NCBI RefSeq assembly: GCF_000017305.1
Contig: NC_009664.2
Location: forward strand, 2,280,001-2,312,000
Direction: 5' to 3'
Origin: Kineococcus radiotolerans SRS30216 = ATCC BAA-149
GTDB lineage: Bacteria > Actinomycetota > Actinomycetes > Actinomycetales > Kineococcaceae
Length of the DNA: 32,000 nucleotides
Every line of letters starts with the position of its first letter. Positions within the stretch are counted from its first letter, which is position 1. A program made the position numbers and the translations under genes. Below, one piece after another: positions 6,845-13,827 of this stretch. The notes beneath the pieces are model-generated. The model did not search any database and was not told the origin of the DNA. It was given only the letters and a program-made list of their open reading frames with translations.

Positions 6845-8354
6845 TGTCGTCGGTGGCGACCCGGGCGGGGATGCTCGCGCTCGGCGACGGCGCGGCCGCC
6901 GGGGTGCCGGTGACCCGCGAGCGGACGTCGGTCACGGTCACCGCGGCCGAGGCCACCTCGACGACGACGGTGCGGCCCAGGCTCGCGTCGAGCCGCGTCC
7001 TCGCCCCGCCCAGCGCCGCGGCGACGGTGTTCGCGGAGTCGGCCTGCCCGGTGCCGTGGCGGACCAGGACGCCCGCGCCGGGCTCGGTGGCCTCGCCGTC
7101 GCCGGTGCCCGCCTCGACGAACCCCACCCCGGCGAGCTGGTCCGCGACGGTGGCCGCGGTCCCCGCCGGAGCGCCCACGTTCAGCACCTGCACCTGGACG
7201 GCCGAGGGTGCGACCAGCAGCTGCGAGCTCGCCGCGGGGTCGCTGCTCGCCGACGGGGACGGCGTCGCCGCCGGGCCGGCGGTGTCGGTGCGGATCTGCT
7301 GCCAGAGCGTCTCGGCGGCGGCGGTGAACTGCACCCGGTTGCGGTCCGCGGGGTACTCCTCGGTGGGGACGGTGACGAACCGGACGCCGTCCGCCGGCAT
7401 CTTCTGCAGGCTCTGGGCCAGCGAGGCGATCTCGGTCAGGCTGGCCAGCCCGGTGTCGGTGGTCACCGACTTCGTCGCCGCGTCGAGGAAGGAGTACAGC
7501 CGGTCCGGGCGCAGCAGGATCCCCGAGCTGGTGACCTGCTGGACCATCGAGCTCATCAGCGCCTGCTGGCGGCCGATGCGCGAGATGTCGGAGCCGTCGC
7601 CGATGTAGCGCACGCGGGCGTAGGCCAGCGCCGTCTCGCCGTCGACCGTCTGCGTGCCCGCGGGCAGGTGCAGGTTGGCCCGGGTGTCGTCGATCGGCTC
7701 CGGCGTGCAGATCGTCACCCCGCCCAGCGCGTCCACCATGGAGCGGAAGCCGCTGAAGTCGACGACGACGTAGTGGTCGATGAAGATCCCGGTGACGGCC
7801 TCGACCGTCCGCAGCGTGCAGGCCGCCCCGCCCTCGGAGAACGCGGAGTTGAACTGGCCCTTGTGGGCCGGCTTCGTCGTGCCGTCCTCGGCGGTGCAGT
7901 CGGGGATCTGGACCATGGAGTCGCGCGGGATGCTGACCAGCGTCGCGCTCTGGCGGTCCGCGGCCAGGTGCACCAGGACGGTGGTGTCCGAGCGCGCCCC
8001 CGGGTCGGCGGACTCCCCGCCGTACTCCCCGCCGGTGCCGTCGGAGAGGGCGCGGGTGTCGCTGCCCATGACGAGGATGTTGACCGCGTCCTGGCCCGTG
8101 GTCGGGTCGGCGGTCGACTCGTCGTCGGGCCGGACCCCGAGGCGGTCGGCGATGTCCTGGGCGTTGATGTTGCCCTGGAGCCGGTGGTACGCGAACACCC
8201 CGCCGCCGGCGGCGACGACCGCCAGCACGACGGCCGTGACCAGGAAGCCCCGCAGCAGCCTGAAGGCGGTGCCGTGGGCGTGGCTGGCGTGCTGGCCCCG
8301 GGCCCGGCGGCCGGCGCCGGGGACCACGTGCTGGGGGTCGGTGGAGGTGGGCAC
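6834..8354 (-). CDS. LCP (LytR-CpsA-Psr) family cell-wall glycopolymer transferase with C-terminal LytR_C-like domain
   Basis: It has an N-terminal TM helix, then NILVMGSDTR ... SDTTVLVHL ... SIPRDS ... VDFSGFRSMVDALGGV, which are LCP hallmarks. The C-terminal region (VQVQVLNVGAPAGTAATVADQL) looks like LytR_C. Confidence 0.85.
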   Translation of the reverse strand: MPTSTDPQHVVPGAGRRARGQHASHAHGTAFRLLRGFLVTAVVLAVVAAGGGVFAYHRLQGNINAQDIADRLGVRPDDESTADPTTGQDAVNILVMGSDTRALSDGTGGEYGGESADPGARSDTTVLVHLAADRQSATLVSIPRDSMVQIPDCTAEDGTTKPAHKGQFNSAFSEGGAACTLRTVEAVTGIFIDHYVVVDFSGFRSMVDALGGVTICTPEPIDDTRANLHLPAGTQTVDGETALAYARVRYIGDGSDISRIGRQQALMSSMVQQVTSSGILLRPDRLYSFLDAATKSVTTDTGLASLTEIASLAQSLQKMPADGVRFVTVPTEEYPADRNRVQFTAAAETLWQQIRTDTAGPAATPSPSASSDPAASSQLLVAPSAVQVQVLNVGAPAGTAATVADQLAGVGFVEAGTGDGEATEPGAGVLVRHGTGQADSANTVAAALGGARTRLDASLGRTVVVEVASAAVTVTDVRSRVTGTPAAAPSPSASIPARVATDDICA

Positions 8355-8450
8355 GACGTCACGGTACGGGTCGGGGCCCCCCGCGACGGCCGTCAGGTCG
8401 CACAGCTGCGCAGCGCGTCCGCGAGGCCTTCACACGGGGTGCGGTGGACG

Positions 8451-8876
8451 TCACCGCCCGGCGGTGCCCGCGTCCAGGTCGTCGACGCACCGCTGCACGG
8501 CGGCCTGGTCCCCGCCGGCGTCGACGAGGCAGCTCCAGGCGTCGGAGCCGCCGTTGTCCAGCGCGTAGGCGAGACCGACGGCCAGGAAGGCGGTGATGAC
8601 CGCGGCGATGAGCAGCGCGACCGCGTTGACCACCAGGCCGGTGACGGCGACGCCCTTGTTCGTCGCGCGCCGGCGCCCGACCCGGCGCAGGCCCACGATG
8701 GACAGGACCAGCCCGACGACGGCGAGCAGCACGCTGAGGACCGCGCCGAGGACGGTGAGGCACAGCAGCAGCGCGACGATCCCCAGGACCAGCCCGGCGA
8801 CCGCGGCGCCGTTCCTCGGGGTCGGGACCGGGTCCCCGTAGCCGTGAGCGCCGGTCGGTGCGTACTCGCTGGACAT
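8451..8876 (-). CDS. DUF4190-like small membrane protein
   Basis: The 141-aa protein has a Pro/Gly-rich N-terminus and NGAAVAGLVLGIVALLL, then two more TM helices. ATG 8876 has GGGAGG 5 nt upstream. Confidence 0.65.
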   Translation of the reverse strand: MSSEYAPTGAHGYGDPVPTPRNGAAVAGLVLGIVALLLCLTVLGAVLSVLLAVVGLVLSIVGLRRVGRRRATNKGVAVTGLVVNAVALLIAAVITAFLAVGLAYALDNGGSDAWSCLVDAGGDQAAVQRCVDDLDAGTAGR

Positions 8877-8921
8877 CGGGCCTCCCTGGTCGCGGACCGC
8901 GATCGTCCCAGACCGCGTCGC

Positions 8922-9083
8922 CTAGCGCCCCTCGACGGTGCCGTCGTTGATGGCCAGGTGGTCGGCCACGGCGGGGAAGACGACGGTGAAGCAGAGCAGC
9001 ACGACCCCGCCCGCCACCAGCAGGCTGATGAGCAGCCGCACCCACCACGGCCCCGGCAGGACCCTCCACCACGCCCCGTACAC
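8922..9083 (-). CDS. Unlisted small membrane protein (53 aa) immediately downstream of sortase
   Basis: My own translation is VYGAWWRVLPGPWWVRLLISLLVAGGVVLLCFTVVFPAVADHLAINDGTVEGR, ending at TAG. The GTG at 9083 lies 9 nt after the sortase stop and is preceded by GAGGGGGG. It has one clear TM helix. It is below the size cut-off of the ORF track. Confidence 0.45.
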   Translation of the reverse strand: MYGAWWRVLPGPWWVRLLISLLVAGGVVLLCFTVVFPAVADHLAINDGTVEGR

Positions 9084-9092
9084 GGACCCCCC

Positions 9093-9809
9093 TCAACCGG
9101 CCGCGGTCAGCGAGGCCGGCGGCCCCGCGGAGCGGTCCTGCACCGACTCCAGCTGCGCGTGCACGACGTAGCGCTGGCGCGCGGAGTGCATCGGGTGGCA
9201 GGCCGTCATGGTCAGCCACGCCTCCGTCGGCGTCTCGCCGGGCCGGCCGGGGACGGGGGCGATGACCGACACCTGCTTCGGGCTGACGACCTCGTGGGAG
9301 CGGACCCGGTACGTGAACCACTGCGTGGCGGTGGCCACGACGACCGCGTCGCCCTCCTGCAGGTCGGCGATGAGGTGGAACGGCTTGCCGTAGGTGACGC
9401 GGTGCCCGGCGATCGCGAAGTTGCCGACCTCCCCGGGCAGCGCGGCGTCGGCGTAGTGGCCGATGCCCTCCTTCAGCTCCTCGGTCCCGGTGCCCTCCAC
9501 GACGGGGACGGCGTAGTCCTCGCCGAAGCGCGGGACGTGCAGGATCGCGAAGGCGTCGCCGGTGGGCGGGGTCTCGTCGACCGCGCGGGCGGTGGCGGGA
9601 GCCGTCGGGGCCGCCGTCGCCGCGGCGCCCGCCGTCGCGGTCGGCGCGGGGGCGGCGTCCCACTGCTGCTGCAGCGAGGTGACGGTGGCCGCCTGCGCGC
9701 GCCCGGAGGTCAGGTCGGTCCAGTGCAGCTGCCAGACGACGAACAGCAGCGTCAGCACCCCGGCGGTGACCAGCAGCTCCCCGAGCACCGAGGTGGCCCG
9801 GCGGATCAC
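9093..9809 (-). CDS. Class E sortase
   Basis: It has a TM anchor (LGELLVTAGVLTLLFVVW), a catalytic His (AIAGHRVTYG), a Cys (LTMTACHP) and an Arg (RQRYVVHAQL). I place the start at GTG 9809, which overlaps the DUF881 stop (GTGA). The 339-aa track ORF is over-extended. Confidence 0.8.
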   Translation of the reverse strand: MIRRATSVLGELLVTAGVLTLLFVVWQLHWTDLTSGRAQAATVTSLQQQWDAAPAPTATAGAAATAAPTAPATARAVDETPPTGDAFAILHVPRFGEDYAVPVVEGTGTEELKEGIGHYADAALPGEVGNFAIAGHRVTYGKPFHLIADLQEGDAVVVATATQWFTYRVRSHEVVSPKQVSVIAPVPGRPGETPTEAWLTMTACHPMHSARQRYVVHAQLESVQDRSAGPPASLTAAG

Positions 9810-10564
9810 GGGGCGCCCGCGGTGGCGTGGGTGGTGCTCGTGGTGCCGTCGAAGGCGGGCAGCTGGAGGTCGTCGGCCTCGGAGACGTCGTAGCCCAGCC
9901 CGTAGGCGCTGACGTACTGGCGGTAGACCGAGACCGCGGCGGAGGCGGCGAGGCCCGCGCGTAGGGCGTCGACGTCGCCGACGGCGCTGATCCGGTAGGG
10001 CGGGGAGTACGTGCGTCCCTGCAGGACGAGGACGTTGCCCACGCAGCGCACCGCGGAGGTCGACACGATCCGCTGGTCCATGATCACCATGGCCTCGGCC
10101 CCGGCGGCCCACAGGGCGTTGACCACGGCCTCCACGTCCTGCTGGTGCACGACGAGGTCGTCGGGGGCCGCTCCCGCGGGGCGCGGGCGGTCGATGGGGG
10201 CGTCGTCGAGGGTGACCGTCACCCCGGGGCCGGTGACGGCCAGCGCCCCGGAGGCGGTGCCCAGCGCGGCGTCGCGCAGGGGGTCGTCCACCACGGCCGA
10301 GCCCGTCCCGGCGGCGCGGCTGAGGGCCTCGACCTCCCCGCGCAGGGCGGAGACCTGCGCGGAGCGCTGCTCGTTGTCGCGCGAGCGCTGGGCGACGAGG
10401 GAGCCGAGGTCGGCGTTCTCCGAGCGCAGGTCGCTGCCCCGGGAGGTCTGGGCGCTGGTGGCGAAGAGGAGCCCGGCGAGGACGAACACCGCGGCCACGG
10501 CCAGCCGGCGCGGGGCCGGGCGGGGCAGGGCGTGGACCCGGCGCGGACCAGCCACCACGTGCAC
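9806..10564 (-). CDS. DUF881 domain-containing membrane protein
   Basis: It has an N-terminal TM helix, a coiled-coil segment (LVAQRSRDNEQRSAQVSALRGEVEALS), then VTGPGVTVTLDD ... VVNALWAAGAEAM ... PPYRISAVGD, typical of DUF881. It keeps the conserved position between crgA and sortase E. Confidence 0.8.
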   Translation of the reverse strand: MHVVAGPRRVHALPRPAPRRLAVAAVFVLAGLLFATSAQTSRGSDLRSENADLGSLVAQRSRDNEQRSAQVSALRGEVEALSRAAGTGSAVVDDPLRDAALGTASGALAVTGPGVTVTLDDAPIDRPRPAGAAPDDLVVHQQDVEAVVNALWAAGAEAMVIMDQRIVSTSAVRCVGNVLVLQGRTYSPPYRISAVGDVDALRAGLAASAAVSVYRQYVSAYGLGYDVSEADDLQLPAFDGTTSTTHATAGAP

Positions 10565-10657
10565 CCCCCTGGGAACCGACCGCCGACCGGTCGTCGCACT
10601 ACGCTAACCAGCGGGGCGCGACGTGTCCCGGCCCCACCCCCCCGACTGGAGGTTGAC

Positions 10658-10990
10658 GTGTCCCGCCGCAAGGAGTCCGACGACGCCGGGTCGACGACAG
10701 GCGCCGCGACCGGCGCCACCGCCGCGACCCCGGCCCGGTCCCGCCGGGGCCGCAAGGGGCAGCCCGACGCGGTCGCCGAGGCCGACCGCGCCGTCAAGCG
10801 CAAGAACCAGCTCACGCCCCGCTGGTGGATCTTCCTCATGGTCGGCCTCATGGTCGCGGGGCTGCTGTGGATCGTGGTCTTCTACCTCTCCAGCGCGCTG
10901 CTGCCGGTGCCGGGCTGGGACAACTGGAACCTCGTCGCCGGCTTCGGGCTGGTCCTGGTGGGGTTCGCGATGACCACCCGGTGGCGCTGA
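10658..10990 (+). CDS. crgA: Cell division protein CrgA
   Basis: The 110-aa protein VSRRKESDD...TPRWWIFLMVGLMVAGLLWIVVFYLS...WNLVAGFGLVLVGFAMTTRWR has the two-TM CrgA signature. GTG 10658 has GGAGG 5 nt upstream. The track ORF 10145..10990 is over-extended. Confidence 0.85.
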   Translation: MSRRKESDDAGSTTGAATGATAATPARSRRGRKGQPDAVAEADRAVKRKNQLTPRWWIFLMVGLMVAGLLWIVVFYLSSALLPVPGWDNWNLVAGFGLVLVGFAMTTRWR

Positions 10991-11088
10991 GGCTCACCGG
11001 TTCGGCTCAGAGCGGGGCTCGCGGGGGCAACCCTCCCCGGACGTGACGGTTAGGATCGCCACCCGATCGTCACCGACCTGGGGGCCGA

Positions 11089-12012
11089 GTGCTGCACGTC
11101 GTCTACCGATCCCACGGTGGTGAGAACGCCAAGGGACGGCCCGCCTGGTACTCCAAGCACCTGGCCCTGCTGTCCTTCCTGCGCGCCGTCGAGCAGTGCC
11201 CGGCGCGGGGGGAGGTCGTCTTCCTCAACGACGGCCCCATCCCCCGGGACCGGCTGGAGCCGATGCGCCGGCACGGCCGGGTCGCCGCGATCACCGGCGG
11301 CAGCAACCGCGCGAGCTACCTCGCCGGGTTGCGGCTGGCGGTGCGCTCGGAGTGGTCCGACGACGACGTCGTCCTCTTCGCCGAGGACGACTACCTGTGG
11401 CGCCCCGACGCGCTGACGTCGCTGTCGGCGGCGGCGGCGACGGGCCGCGCGGAGTACTTCGCCCCCTACGGCGTGGGCACCCACGACGACGTCGAGGGCC
11501 GGGTGCCGCAGTGGCGGCGCCCGCGCGCGGCCCGCGGCGAGGACGCGCTGCCGGCCGACGTGGTGCGGTGGGTGCCGCACGAGAGCACCACGAGCACCTT
11601 CGCGGTGCGGGTGGGGGCGCTGCGCCAGGACCACCGGATCCTCGTGGTGTGCTGCCTCTCCGGCGGCGACTTCGACCACACCAGCCTGCTGGCGGTGCAG
11701 GGGATCCCCCGCTTCCGGCTGCACGACCTCGTCTCCCACCACCCCGGGACGTCGACGAACCCCGCGGTGCGCGCGGCCCGGGCGGTGTACCTGACGGCGT
11801 TCCGCAGCGCCGCCGACGTGGTGTCGCTGCGGCGCCCCTCGCGCCGCCGGCGCCTGGCCGCGGCCGACCCGGCGGTGTGCACGCACATGGAGGACGGCTG
11901 GCTGGCCCCCGCGCCGGCCGGGCAGCCGCGCTACTGGGAGGACCTGGCGGCGCAGACGCACCGCTGGGCGGAGGGCCGCACGGAGGGCCGGGAACCGCTC
12001 GGCACCCGCTGA
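11089..12012 (+). CDS. Hypothetical protein, GT-A-fold glycosyltransferase-like
   Basis: The 307-aa ORF has EVVFLNDGPIP and DVVLFAEDDYLWRPDAL (a DxD-type motif after a hydrophobic strand), arranged as in family-2-like GT-A enzymes. I recognise no firm family. Confidence 0.55.
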   Translation: MLHVVYRSHGGENAKGRPAWYSKHLALLSFLRAVEQCPARGEVVFLNDGPIPRDRLEPMRRHGRVAAITGGSNRASYLAGLRLAVRSEWSDDDVVLFAEDDYLWRPDALTSLSAAAATGRAEYFAPYGVGTHDDVEGRVPQWRRPRAARGEDALPADVVRWVPHESTTSTFAVRVGALRQDHRILVVCCLSGGDFDHTSLLAVQGIPRFRLHDLVSHHPGTSTNPAVRAARAVYLTAFRSAADVVSLRRPSRRRRLAAADPAVCTHMEDGWLAPAPAGQPRYWEDLAAQTHRWAEGRTEGREPLGTR

Positions 12013-12036
12013 GCGCGGGCCCGGCCACCGCCCGTC

Positions 12037-12227
12037 CTGTCCACCGCCTGGGGATGACGTGTGGACGGCTGGGGGAAACCGGGCGGGTTGTCCACAGCCA
12101 CTGTCCACCGGTTCGTCCACACCTTGTGGATAGGTGTGGGAAACGAACCCTGGTGTCCACAGAGGTACCCACACGCGGTGGATGACCGCGGGCGGTTCGC
12201 ACAGCTGTGCGAACCGCCTGTGGACGG
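12037..12227. promoter_or_regulatory. DnaA-box cluster (about 11 boxes, both orientations)
   Basis: 9-mers compared with TT(G/A)TCCACA: 12037 CTGTCCACC; 12060 rc CCGTCCACA; 12088 TTGTCCACA (perfect); 12101 CTGTCCACC; 12113 TCGTCCACA; 12125 rc CTATCCACA; 12135 rc TTTCCCACA; 12153 GTGTCCACA; 12165 GTACCCACA; 12177 rc TCATCCACC; 12219 rc CCGTCCACA. All lie in the 226-bp convergent gap between two stop codons. Confidence 0.55.
12191..12218. terminator. 28-bp perfect palindrome GGCGGTTCGCACAGCTGTGCGAACCGCC (possible bidirectional terminator or protein site)
   Basis: Read directly. It starts 21 nt downstream of the rhomboid stop (12239) on the minus strand. There is no U-tract. It is embedded between DnaA-like boxes. 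Confidence 0.4.
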
Positions 12228-12238
12228 AGCGGGACGGG

Positions 12239-13075
12239 TCAGAGGGTCCAGCGCAGCGCCGCGTAGGCGAGCAGCGCCAGCACCGCGAGCGCGACGGCGG
12301 CGGTCCAGCCCCACTGCAGGGCCGGGCGGCCCCGGCGCCCGCGGGCCATCGCCGTGGCGACCAGGGCCCCGGTGACCATGCCGCCCAGGTGGGCCTGCCA
12401 GGAGATGCCCGCCACGAACACCCCGATGAAGAAGTTGATCGCGATGAGGGCCGCGATCTGCCCGGTCCGGCGCCCCAGCTGGCGGTTGACCACGAACAGC
12501 GCCGCGAACAGGCCGAAGATGCCGCCGGAGGCCCCCACCAGGGTGCTGCCCGCCGTCCCCGGCAGCAGCAGGCCGCCCACGGCCCCGCCCAGCACCGAGA
12601 CGACGTACAGCGCGGTGAAGCGCAGCCGCCCCAGCAGCGGTTCCAGGTACTGCCCGGTGACCCACAGGGCGTAGGTGTTGAAGAGCAGGTGCAGCAGGCC
12701 GCCGTGCAGGAAGCCGGAGGTCAGCGGCTGCCACCAGGTGGCGGCGGAGAAGGCGTTGGAGTACAGCCGCGCGTCGTCGTTGATCAGCGGCAGCCACCGC
12801 AGGACCAGGTCCGGGGCGAGCTGCTGCGCGCCGAACACCACCAGGCAGGTCCCGATGAGGACCTTGGTGACGACGGTGTCCCCGCGGCGCAGCACCCCGC
12901 CGAAGCTGGTGCGGGGCGCGCGGACCCCGCGGTTGCCCTCGGCGACGCAGTCGACGCACTGCACGCCGACGGCGGCCGGGCGCTGGCACTCCGGGCAGGT
13001 GGGCCGCTCGCAGCGCTGGCAGCGGACCCACGACTCGCGGTCGGGGTGACGGGGACAGACGGGGACGTCGCTCAC
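12239..13075 (-). CDS. Rhomboid family intramembrane serine protease with N-terminal zinc ribbon
   Basis: CPRHPDRESWVRCQRCERPTCPECQ provides the 4-Cys ribbon. The protein is multi-TM, with catalytic GASGGIFG (Ser) and a downstream AHLGG (His). Confidence 0.85.
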   Translation of the reverse strand: MSDVPVCPRHPDRESWVRCQRCERPTCPECQRPAAVGVQCVDCVAEGNRGVRAPRTSFGGVLRRGDTVVTKVLIGTCLVVFGAQQLAPDLVLRWLPLINDDARLYSNAFSAATWWQPLTSGFLHGGLLHLLFNTYALWVTGQYLEPLLGRLRFTALYVVSVLGGAVGGLLLPGTAGSTLVGASGGIFGLFAALFVVNRQLGRRTGQIAALIAINFFIGVFVAGISWQAHLGGMVTGALVATAMARGRRGRPALQWGWTAAVALAVLALLAYAALRWTL

Positions 13076-13105
13076 GGCAGGTGCAACGCGCGGGACGTCC
13101 CCGTC
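13058..13105 (-). promoter_or_regulatory. 12-bp inverted repeat (GACGGGGACGTC / GACGTCCCCGTC) bracketing the rhomboid start codon
   Basis: The arms are 13058-13069 and 13094-13105 and are perfectly complementary. The 24-nt spacer contains the GTG start (13073-13075). The left arm is tandemly duplicated (13048-13057). The structure lies 22 nt downstream of the ppiA stop. Confidence 0.45.
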
Positions 13106-13127
13106 GTTCGGGCCCAGGGGTGTGGTC

Positions 13128-13661
13128 TCAGTCGCGTTCGACGTCGACGCTGGAGATGACGACCGGCTCGCGCGGGGCGTCGCCCGGCCCGGTGGCCATG
13201 TTGGCGATGGCGTCCACGACCTGGCGGCTGGCGTCGTCGGCGACCTCGCCGAAGATCGTGTGCTTGCCGTTGAGGTGGGACGTGGTGGCGACGGTGATGA
13301 AGAACTGCGAGCCGTTGGTGCCGTGACCGGCGATCTTCCCGGCGTTGGCCATGGCCAGCAGGTACTTCTTGTCGAAGCGCAGGTCCGGGTGGATCTCGTC
13401 GTCGAACTGGTACCCGGGGCCGCCGCGGCCGTCGCCGCGCGGGCAGCCGCCCTGGATCATGAACCCGTCGATGACGCGGTGGAAGGTCAGGCCGTCGTAG
13501 AAGGGCTGCGACTTCTTCTCACCGGTGGCGGGGTCCTGCCACTCCTTCGTCCCCTCGGCGAGGCCGACGAAGTTCGCCACCGTCTTGGGGGCGTGGTTCT
13601 CGAACAGTTCCAGGCGGATGTCGCCGTGGTTGGTGTGCAGGGTGGCGTACATGCCGCTCAT
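13128..13661 (-). CDS. ppiA: Peptidyl-prolyl cis-trans isomerase, cyclophilin type
   Basis: [35 protein letters not shown] ... [15 protein letters not shown] ... GSQFFIT ... HTIFGEV are unmistakable cyclophilin motifs. ATG 13661 follows GGAAGG. The 506-aa track ORF is over-extended. Confidence 0.92.
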   Translation of the reverse strand: MSGMYATLHTNHGDIRLELFENHAPKTVANFVGLAEGTKEWQDPATGEKKSQPFYDGLTFHRVIDGFMIQGGCPRGDGRGGPGYQFDDEIHPDLRFDKKYLLAMANAGKIAGHGTNGSQFFITVATTSHLNGKHTIFGEVADDASRQVVDAIANMATGPGDAPREPVVISSVDVERD

Positions 13662-13827
13662 CCTTCCACGACCCCTCCACCCCGCTCGCGGGCGTCTGCC
13701 TGGCGGTCCGGCTCGACCTGCGGTGGGATGGCGGGTGGTGATCGTCGCCGGCACGTCGGCGCGGGGCACGAGTCGCGAGCCCCGGACGTCCGCGACGTCA
13801 GAGCAGGACGACGCACGAGGAGGATCC

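Noticed and set aside
8398-8412. TCGCACAGCTGCGCA resembling the core of the 28-bp palindrome at 12191-12218
   Set aside because: It shares only an 11/12 match to the core and is not itself a palindrome. A single occurrence is too weak to call a shared motif.
6822-9893. 1023-aa plus-strand ORF spanning the LCP, DUF4190 and sortase loci
   Set aside because: It is antisense to four genes with clear family motifs. Its composition is dominated by G/R/A/D/V runs, so it is an artefact of 74% GC.
12037-12227. Calling the DnaA-box cluster the chromosomal origin (oriC) itself
   Set aside because: dnaA and dnaN are not adjacent. The conserved gyrB-gyrA orientation places the canonical dnaA-dnaN origin beyond the right edge of the window. 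The cluster is also short (about 190 bp) compared with typical actinobacterial origins. I cannot fully exclude it without the rest of the genome.
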